Notes under the pieces: model-generated | The model's database searches: none | Seen by the model: the letters and a program-made list of their open reading frames with translations, nothing else | Told to the model about the DNA's origin: nothing | Shown: piece by piece, positions 1-7,425 of the stretch | Layout: each line of letters starts with the position of its first letter | Numbering within the stretch: the first letter of the stretch is position 1 | Source of the DNA: Tubiluchus corallicola | Lineage: Eukaryota; Animalia; Priapulida | Reading direction: 5' to 3' | Assembly: GCA_030141605.1 (NCBI GenBank) | Contig: JAQGDQ010002230.1 | Coordinates: 1-7,425, forward strand | DNA length: 7,425 nt | Program-made: the position numbers and the translations under genes

Positions 1-440
1 ACTCATGCTGTTATAATAGTAACAGTTTTAACAACTAGCTAGAACCTTACTTAGTTCATTTTTTCTTGTTCCCAACCAAGATCTAGCTAGTTAATCACTC
101 TATGCATAATTAAGTAAAGTCCAGATAAAACAACTGAAGTTACTAAAGAACTGTGACGCTCAGGCTTATTTTAGGTCAGGTTATGTAACTAGTTCCTACT
201 GTTATAATTCTACCATTCTGTCAATTTTTATAAAAGAACTTTAGTTAAGATGTTTAACGGTATAATGACAGAAGCCAACTTGTTCTGAAATCAGATTTCA
301 CCTGTACATTCAATGATACTGTTTATGCATTACTACTATATCATGTGATTGAAGCCACTTAGACGAAATTTTGGCTGTTCAGTTCGCCCAGGTATTCCGC
401 TTTAAGTTGTCGAGTTAAGCGGACGTTCACATGTCATAAA

Positions 441-515
441 ATGATGGTTTAGTAGTAACGGTGCTTGCTTGTAGAAAAGCGATCTGTCTGCATGGTTACA
501 ATTCTTTGTCAGCAT
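441..515 (+). mobile_element. Possible decayed tRNA-derived SINE head
   Basis: A-box-like tggtttagtag (445-455) and a weak B-box-like ggttacaattct (494-505) at plausible spacing. No tail or TSD seen. Confidence 0.25.
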
Positions 516-877
516 TTTGAGAATTTAGTGATATTTACTTTCAGGTAATTAGTTACATGGCTAATTTTCTGGGGGAAACTTTGGGCAAAAGCACATCGAA
601 AGAACATAGCATCTTCCGTTGTGTGAATTTATTGATTACTGAGTTGAATGTGGTTTGTCCATCATTGAAATAGGTTTCTACAGATTTTGTAAACGCTATA
701 ATTCTAGGTGTATGTCAATTTTCCTTGACCTACATGTGACGGTTGTTGTTAAGACACATTGGCGTGGTACGCTTGACCTTTGGTCTACGCCAACAGCGTG
801 TGTAAAAAACGAAACTGTAAACATGTTTACCAAACATGTTTACCACGTAGCAATAAAACAGACAGCACAATACTTAC

Positions 878-1069
878 GCTCCGGCCAACATGTGGACTTT
901 GTCCACTTCCTCTTCAACTGGCTTAAGCTCTCTTTCAATATTTTCGTGTTGTTTCTGTATCGACCTGACCGCTTGTAGACTCTTGCCGAGGTCCATGTTG
1001 TCAAGCAAATCGGACTTTTCCCTGATTCGTTCACGTGTGTCGTCGCACTTCTGATCAAACAAATCCAAA
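878..1069 (-). CDS. SPTBN5: Spectrin-repeat exon D (192 nt, phase 2 to phase 2), apparently out of order
   Basis: Acceptor cctcctttcag|T, donor GGAGC|gtaagt. Encodes LDLFDQKCDDTRERIREKSDLLDNMDLGKSLQAVRSIQKQHENIERELKPVEEEVDKVHMLAG(A), helix A-B of a spectrin repeat ('DLGK.L..V...Q..H...EREL.PVE'). Confidence 0.85.
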
Positions 1070-1288
1070 CTGAAAGGAGGTCAACATCGTTAACGCAGGA
1101 AGAGTATTTGTTTTACAGATAAAGCGGCCATCTTGTCTTTAACGTTGAAAGACGTTATTTATCAAAAGCCCAACTTTTTAAAATGAATTTAAAAAATTAG
1201 TTAATCGTTAGCACTGGATTCTGAAGACATCCGGATTCAACGAACGAAAGGCATCAACAGGCAATAATTTAACTGCGTAATAAAAAGC

Positions 1289-1345
1289 CAAAGGTTCCTG
1301 GTTCTAATCCAGGTTTAGCGTCTTCTTTTAGCATTTTCTTTTCTT
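1289..1345 (+). other. Isolated tRNA T-arm/B-box remnant
   Basis: aaggtt-CCTGG-ttctaat-CCAGG (5-bp stem, 7-nt loop, 1297-1313) followed by a T-rich tract. No D-arm or acceptor stem. Confidence 0.3.
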
Positions 1346-1619
1346 CCCATCGGCAAACTTTATTTTTGAAAATTTAATACTCCATGAGTTTCTTCAAATG
1401 CAATTTAACCACGAACTCTGAGCGTACCAAAAAGTGAGCTATCCGGTTTTTCATAACGACGCCAGAACAAACGTTTTAGGTCAGTCACACAGCTAATCTA
1501 TTTAATTGTTTGTTGTCTGTGTCTTCGTGTAGTATCTCATTTTAGGATTGTTTGTTTTTTAACAATCTAAAACAAGTTAGAATGAATAAATATTTAAAAT
1601 TAATTTGCAAAATCAGCAC

Positions 1620-2150
1620 TACGACACCCCCCCCCCCGTGAATAAATCTGCCATCATACCTGGAAGCAGCATTCTCAGAGTTACGACACCCTCCACCCCT
1701 CCCCCCATGAATAAATCTGCCATCATACCGGGAAGCAACATTCTCGGAGTTACGACACCCTCCACCCCTTCCCCATGAATGAATCTGCCATCATACCTGG
1801 AAGCAGCATTCTCAGAGTTACGACACCCTCCCCCCATGAATGAATCTACCATCATACCTGGAAGCAGCATTCTCAGAGTTACGACACCCTCCACCCCTCC
1901 CCCCATGAATAAATCTGCCATCATACCTGGAAGCAGCATTCTCGGAGTTACGACACCCTCCACCCCTCCCCCATGAATGAATCTGCCATCATACCTGGAA
2001 GCAGCATTCTCTGAGTTACGACACCCTCCACCCTTCCCCCATGAATGAATCTGCCATCATACCTGGAAGCAGCATTCTCTGAGTTACGACACCCTCCACC
2101 CCTCCCCACATGAATGAATCTGCCATCATACCTGTAAGCAGCATTCTCGG
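1620..2150. repeat. Minisatellite, 8 units of 61-69 bp
   Basis: Unit about tacgacaccctccacccctccccccatgaatgaatctgccatcatacctggaagcagcattctcagagt, starting at 1620, 1682, 1751, 1819, 1880, 1949, 2017 and 2085. Length varies in the C-tract. Confidence 0.97.
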
Positions 2151-2662
2151 AAAGTTAGCCCATGTTATACCCCCGTTCATTACTCATTAATGGCCCACTT
2201 ACTCCATGCTTTCTTATTATTCTTCCCACACACATTATTCTCACATCTAGATGTGCATTATAATGAACACACAGAACAAATTTCCACAGTTTAGCTGTTA
2301 GTCAGCAAAGTTATGGCCTTATGCTCAAACAAAATCAAAGTTTCTATTGCCATTACATGTACACAGGACATTGTAACAAAATTACCTATTTAGTAAGATT
2401 TCAAATCAAATCAAGAATAAGCAATCTTGCACTCAAGATGGGTCGCAATAATACTTTTGTAAGCACTACTGCTTTTGGAAATACAGGTAAAAAAGAAACG
2501 CGCTGGACTCGTCCAAGAGCTCTGCTGTCTTGAAAAGATTTCCGCTATTTACTTTCTTCGCACTTTTTTCACAATCGCATTAAATGATGAAAAGCACGTC
2601 ATTCGATTAGATCACTTTAATGATTTTTTCTATAAAACTGCCAGTTAATTGATTGAAATTAC

Positions 2663-2822
2663 CTGCAGATCCAGGTTGTTCAACAGCCTCTGCTGTTTAT
2701 CCCTCCAGCCGTCGGAGATGTCGTTACGTACGTCGACGACGCGGGCGAGAGTTTGCGTCAGCTCCGAAGAGTCGGGCGTCTTGCGGAGCAGCTTATTGGC
2801 TAAATTTTCTATCTTCTCAAAC
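2663..2822 (-). CDS. SPTBN5: Spectrin-repeat exon C (160 nt, phase 2 to phase 0)
   Basis: Acceptor cattctag|G (completes AAG Lys with exon B), donor CAG|gtaatt. Encodes FEKIENLANKLLRKTPDSSELTQTLARVVDVRNDISDGWRDKQQRLLNNLDLQ; 'GW..KQ..L....DLQ' is typical of betaH-spectrin as recalled. Confidence 0.87.
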
Positions 2823-3126
2823 CTAGAATGTTCAAATGTCAATACAAAACTGTAATAAGTATATAACAAGGTTAAGTTAGAGGAATGGACAGTTCAAATA
2901 GGCAGCTAGTTAATGCAACTATCACTAATATACTATAATAGTCAATATACTAACCAAATTACATATAAAGAAACAACGGTAAACTGGCTACGCGATTTTG
3001 ATATATTTGGCATCCATTATTTAAAATATAACAGTTCTTTGTTCTGTTGGGGGTTTATTCTGTACAATTTTCATATTTTAAGATTTCCCATATCTCTTGC
3101 GTTCACAATGAAGAAGTAACATGTAA

Positions 3127-4183
3127 GAATTATGGACAATGAAAGCGCAAAACAAATCAGAAATAGATGCATTTCAAAGAAAAAATTACAGGAATATTCT
3201 AGGCATAAAATAGCCATAGAAAATATCAAACCAGGAGATCTGGATAATAAAGTGAAGGCAGAGGAATGGACAATTAAAATCAAATGCAGAAGATTAAGAT
3301 GGATAGGACGTGTTGTACGACTATCAGATGACAGTCCATTAAAATTGCTTTCAAAGAAGTATTAAAGAAAGAAAAGAAACCACAAGGAGGACAGCTGCTG
3401 ACTTACATCAATTTCATCTCAAAAGATCTTATCAACACACCATTAGATATCAAAAATACAGAGACATGGGAGGTTGCGGGTGACGGGACAGCATGGAGTA
3501 AGTGGGAGGTTGTGGGTGACAGGACAGCATGGAGTAAGTGGGAGGTTGTGGGTGACAGGGCAGCATGGAGTAAGTGGGAGGTTGTGGGTGACAGGGCAGC
3601 ATGGAGTAAGTGGGCGGTTGTGGGTGATAGGGCAGGCAGCATGGAGTAAGTGGGAGGTTGTCGGTGACAGTGCAGTATGGAGTAAGGGGAGGTTGTGGGT
3701 GACGGGACAGCATGGAGTAAGTGGGAGGTTGTGGGTGACAGGGCAGCATGGAGTAAGTGGGCGGTTGTGGGTGATAGGGCAGGCAGCATGGAGTAAGTGG
3801 GAGGTTGTCGGTGACAGTGCAGTATGGAGTAAGTGGGAGGTTGTGGGTGACAGGGCAGCATGGAGTAAGTGGGCGGTTGTGGGTGATAGGGCAGGCAGCA
3901 TGGAGTAAGTGGGAGGTTGTGGGTGACAGTGCAGCATGGAGTAAGTGGGAGGTTGTGGGTGACAGTGCAGCATGGAGTAAGTGGGAGGTTGTGGGTGACA
4001 GAACAGCATGGAGTAAGTGGGCGGTTGTGGGTGATAGGACAGCATGGAGTAAGTGGGAGGTTGTGGGTGACAGTGCAGCATGGAGTAAGTGGGAGGTTGT
4101 GGGTGACAGTGCAGCGTGGAATAAAATGATTTCAAGGGTCATGTCACAGAACGTGGGACTCCAGAGATGATGATGACGATGAT
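3127..4183 (+). mobile_element. 5'-truncated, degenerate non-LTR retrotransposon (RTE-like LINE 3' end), antisense to the host gene
   Basis: Across frameshifts and stops it reads ELWTMKAQNKSEIDAFQRKNYRNILGIK*P*KISNQ / IKCRRLRWIGRVVRLSDDSP / KKEKKPQGGQLLTYINFISKDL...WEVAGDGTAW...WNKMISRVMSQNVGLQR*. This matches the RTE-type post-RT C-terminus (E.WT..DAF.R..LR.IL.I.W...ISN; RRLRW.GHV.R; K.P.G...W...DL; A.DR..W). It ends in a (GAT)n tail at 4166-4183. Confidence 0.85.
3467..4125 (+). repeat. Minisatellite, 18 units of 36 bp (three 40-bp variants, one 35-bp variant), inside the LINE
   Basis: Unit tgggaggttgtgggtgacag(gg/tg/ga)cagcatggagtaag = WEVVGDRAAWSK. The 40-bp units start at 3611, 3758 and 3870. 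Confidence 0.97.
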
Positions 4184-4386
4184 AAGTAGGTTTATGACGT
4201 GTGACACCAGAAATAAAATAAAATGAATAAAATCGTACAAATTTTCTGTACATCAACAGAATTAGGTAAAAAAGATTAACGCATGTTTCATTTTCAAATT
4301 AATTCCCTCATAAGCAATCGAATTAATTAAAAACACATAAAAACATCAATTAAACGTCATCTCTGAGTGTTTCTGCACCAACTTAC

Positions 4387-4514
4387 TTATCTTCATGTGC
4401 TTTGATGTCGTCGGCCAAATCTTGATGCTTCTTCACTTGTTCCTCAGCGCTTGCTACATCCTTGGCCGGTTCATCGTGTTGCAACAGGCTCTTGATTCCG
4501 TCCGCCCAGTTGAG
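4387..4514 (-). CDS. SPTBN5: Spectrin-repeat exon B (128 nt, phase 0 to phase 2), not shown in the ORF track
   Basis: Acceptor tttatgtgtttgtag|CTC, donor GATAA|gtaagt. Encodes LNWADGIKSLLQHDEPAKDVASAEEQVKKHQDLADDIKAHED(K), with the helix A Trp and the 'DV.SAE.L.KKH..L..DI.AH' spectrin motif. In phase with exons A and C. Confidence 0.88.
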
Positions 4515-4685
4515 CTACAAACACATAAAGTTCAAATGTCGACATTCGTGCGCTTTCATAAGATCTAATTGTAATACACTCATATCTCGGTTTGCCGGAC
4601 AAAAGCGGGGAGAGGTCAGTCCGAATTTGCCGATTGTCCGAATTTACCAATACTAAGCTGATATAGTAGGTGTTGTGTATTAGAC

Positions 4686-5171
4686 CAGGGATGAGAATGA
4701 CAAATTGCAAAAAAACTCTGAAACAGGCCGGGGGTTTGGGGGCCGCGTCGGTAGCAACAAATTGCAATTTTGTGACCATAGAGAGCCTCTAGGTGGACTT
4801 AAAATATCAATTACCTTGTTTCATGCATAATTTAAAATACCCAGCTATCAAGGATACATGATACCTAATTGTCTCAAAAACGGCTAAGTACTGGCCGCTC
4901 CTATGCAAAAGTATATAAAAACTGTCTGCAGTTGACTCAAATAACTCCGCACAATTGATTCTATATTTTTATACATAGAGATATACACGTGGTTACACTG
5001 ATGTACGGGATGTAAACAAAGTGACGGCCAGCCAACTAGCAGTCAGTTTGTGAAATAATGTACTGGGTCCGTAAAAATTTTCTCAACGAACTTACGCGAT
5101 TTACAAAAATGGCACTACTGGTCTTCCAAAAACTCGGAATTCCGCGTATCCGGGGAAAATTCTTATCCCTG
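4686..5171. mobile_element. Non-autonomous hAT-type DNA transposon, 486 bp
   Basis: 13-bp TIRs cagggatgagaat (4686-4698) and attcttatccctg (5159-5171), 12/13 match. Perfect 8-bp TSD tattagac at 4678-4685 and 5172-5179. CAGGG ends with an 8-bp TSD are hAT hallmarks. No transposase ORF. Confidence 0.9.
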
Positions 5172-5395
5172 TATTAGACTCATGGTAATGTAGAATCAAT
5201 CGCCTAATTGTCTCAAAAATGTCTAGTACGGGCCGCTTCTATGTAAAAGTATATGAAAACTGTCAGAATTGTCTCAGGTAACTCTGCATCATTGAGTATA
5301 TTTTTATATATAGAGATATACGGTTGATTACACTGATGTAATGATGTAAACAAAGTGATGGCCCGCCATCTAGTGATCAGCTTGCAGTATACTGG
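4864..5395 (+). repeat. Diverged direct repeat of about 200 bp (4864-5066 vs 5203-5395)
   Basis: Both copies begin cctaattgtctcaaaaa and share tatatttttata, atagagatatac, ttacactgatgta and gatgtaaacaaagtga; roughly 80% identical by eye. Confidence 0.92.
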
Positions 5396-5871
5396 ACGTT
5401 TCAACGGTCCAGATTTTGTCCAATTCTTCTGATATCCGTACAACCGAGATATAAGAGCGTACTATAGTTAAGAATTGCTTTCAGTAAAACAAATTCGAAG
5501 TTAAATTGCAATTGTTAACTCCTCCAGGACCGTAAGCGTTTAGGGCATTTTGCATTAGTTCATGAACTCCTATTTTTAAGGAGAAATTCCTGTAACAAGG
5601 TGAAACGAGCTTAATTTCTCCTTGGATGATCGGTTGCTTTTTCCTGGAACGGCAGCCGACTTGGGCTGCAAGAAGCAGGCGATCAATAAATTAGGGTGTA
5701 TGATCACACGAGTGTGCACCAGACTAAGCTACTCGATAGGCTAAGTTGGAGTGCCTGAAAAGGACATCTTTTTCTTAATTTTATCCAATTAAATCACTTA
5801 TAAATACTTAAAGAAGTAGCATTATTGGATAACCGAGATTCCTCTGAATCAAACAGTGCATAATAAGTAAT

Positions 5872-6574
5872 CACTTAGTTATGTCTGTGCTCATTTAGTT
5901 ATGTCTGTGCTCATTTAGTTATGTCTGTGCTCATTTAGTTATGTCTGTGCTCATTTAGTTATGTCTGTGCTCATTTAGTTATGTCTGTGCTCGTTTAGTT
6001 ATGTCTGTGCTCGTTTAGTTATGTCTGTGCTCGTTTAGTTATGTCTGTGCTCGTTTAGTTATGTCTGTGCTCGTTTAGTTATGTCTGTGCTCGTTTAGTT
6101 ATGTCTGTGCTCGTTTAGTTATGTCTGTGCTCGTTTAGTTATGTCTGTGCTCATTTAGTTATGTCTGTGCTCATTTAGTTATGTCTGTGCTCATTTAGTT
6201 ATGTCTGTGTTCATTTAGTTATGTCTGTGCTCATTTAGTTATGTCTGTGCTCATTTAGTTATGTCTGTGCTCATTTAGTTATGTCTGTGCTCATTTAGTT
6301 ATGTCTGTGCTCGTTTAGTTATGTCTGTGCTCATTTAGTTATGTCTGTGCTCGTTTAGTTATGTCTGTGCTCGTTTAGTTATATCTGTGCTCATTTAGTT
6401 ATGTCTGTGCTCATTTAGTTATGTCTGTGCTCATTTAGTTATGTCTGTGCTCATTTAGTTGTGTCTGTGCTCATTTAGTTGTGTCTGTGCTCGTTTAGTT
6501 ATGTCTGTGCTCGTTTAGTTATGTCTGTGCTCATTTAGTTATGTCTGTGCTCATTTAGTTATGTCTGTGCTCGT
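5872..6574. repeat. Minisatellite, 35 units of 20 bp
   Basis: Unit c(a/g)tttagttatgtctgtgct, with no indels and a few point variants. Confidence 0.98.
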
Positions 6575-6688
6575 ACAGAAGCAGAATAGTCACAAGTCTC
6601 ATAAGACCTACTCTGAGTGGCGCAATCGTGACAGAGTTAAGAAACAGTTGTTAACATGCGCATAGAAGAAAAGGAAGTCATAATTTAC

Positions 6689-6848
6689 CAGATCCTTGGC
6701 ATCGGCAATGAGTATCTTCTGTCCGTGGGCTTCCTCGATAAATGCTTTCTTGTCATCGGCTTTCTTCTTCAAGTCATTCCAGTCATTCAACAGTTTGGCT
6801 TCTTTGTTATCAACATGTTTAGCTTGTTCCGGGTAAGAATTCTTTACC
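6689..6848 (-). CDS. SPTBN5: Spectrin-repeat exon A (160 nt, phase 2 to phase 0), probable beta-heavy spectrin (karst/SPTBN5-like)
   Basis: Acceptor ttttccttgttttag|G, donor CTG|gtaaat. Encodes VKNSYPEQAKHVDNKEAKLLNDWNDLKKKADDKKAFIEEAHGQKILIADAKDL, i.e. helix B/C of a spectrin repeat with the conserved Trp. Resembles recalled karst 'VKNAYP...W...IE..VGQQ' motifs; orthology is from memory. Confidence 0.85.
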
Positions 6849-7425
6849 CTAAAACAAGGAAAAACACTCAGATTTTGACACACGAAGAAGAATTTCTTGA
6901 AGTAGAACTAGAAATTTGAAGCAAAATTTAAAAAAGCGAGATACATTTTGTTTTGTAGTAAAAGTTAACCAAAGTTAATCATAATCAGTGTTTGTTTTGG
7001 TTTTATACAATTTCTGCACGTTTTCCAAGAACCTACTTATCATATTAACTGTGTGGCAAGACGGGAACTATGTCCGCTATTAAATGCGGTCATATAAGAC
7101 GTTACAAAGACAGTGTGTCAGCTACATTTGGAAGTGCGAACATCTTACGACAGTGAGGAAACAGCTGGTGGTAGTGTAGACAAACCCACATGACTTTCTT
7201 ATTAGTCACCAACCCATTATATGACGAGGATAGGTGTTGCTTACCCCAGAAAGGAAATGTAAACAACACGACATCAACAACAGACAAGTATAATTCATTT
7301 CCTGCCAGTTTAGCCACTGTAAGCAGTGATGAAATTAAACAAGCATAAACCTTTTCACAGTTCCAGCAACTGATGATGATCGTGAAAAGGTCAAAGGTTA
7401 AGTGTACACTTGACAACGCCTCGCA

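Larger units (their letters stand above)
4577..5459. mobile_element. Tc1/mariner-pogo/Tigger-like MITE (about 390 bp without the nested insert)
   Basis: Degenerate TIRs: left cactcatatctcggtttgccggac, right (reverse complement) cgctcttatatctcggttgtacggat, sharing atatctcggtt and cgga. Flanked by TA at 4575-4576 and 5460-5461, with a subterminal gtccgaattt doublet. Confidence 0.65.

Noticed and set aside
33-92. 11-bp inverted repeat aactagctaga/tctagctagtt
   Set aside because: Built on a self-palindromic ctagctag core with no TSD or other support.
655-1058. ORFs 655-978 (+) and 840-1058 (-), similarly 2649-2855, 4462-4779 and 6656-6919
   Set aside because: Antisense or alternate-frame shadows of the real spectrin exons.
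1249-1325. Complete tRNA gene
   Set aside because: Only a T-arm is present; no acceptor stem, D-arm or anticodon arm can be folded.
1619-1976. Repeat-peptide ORFs of 114 aa and 65 aa
   Set aside because: Minisatellite translation artefacts; unit lengths often break frame.
2203-2246. 44-nt candidate micro-exon (ctag|...GGA|gtaagt) with the right phases to bridge exons C and D
   Set aside because: Reads ATG TGA in the required frame and has no spectrin similarity.
3110-4195. Target-site duplication for the LINE (aagta on both sides)
   Set aside because: Only 5 bp in AT-rich DNA with an uncertain 5' boundary.
3403-4256. Long repetitive ORFs (His/Pro/Cys-rich) on both strands
   Set aside because: By-products of a 36-bp unit with few stops; only the + strand WEVVGD frame reflects the dead LINE.
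5872-6574. CRISPR-like array (also considered for 1620-2150 and 3467-4125)
   Set aside because: Units are head-to-tail with no unique spacers, there are no cas genes, and the context is eukaryotic introns.
7102-7416. 104-aa minus-strand ORF as the exon upstream of A
   Set aside because: No spectrin motifs or convincing splice boundaries.

Overview
AT-rich animal (probably invertebrate) genomic DNA inside an intron-rich spectrin gene on the minus strand, most similar from memory to beta-heavy spectrin (karst/SPTBN5). Four GT-AG exons can be read: A 6689-6848, B 4387-4514, C 2663-2822 and D 878-1069. A-B-C splice in frame. Exon D lies downstream of C, but by splice phase and protein continuity it belongs upstream of A, so the exon order is permuted. 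This implies a tandem duplication, circular DNA or a mis-join with a breakpoint between 1070 and 2662. The introns hold three minisatellites (about 68, 36 and 20 bp units). They also hold a 5'-truncated RTE-like LINE whose last 12 conserved codons were amplified into the 36-bp array, and a nested transposon pair: an hAT-type element with a perfect 8-bp TSD inside a TA-flanked pogo/Tigger-like MITE, carrying a diverged copy of that MITE's internal sequence. No prokaryotic systems or CRISPR arrays were seen. All homology calls are from pattern recognition, not database searches.
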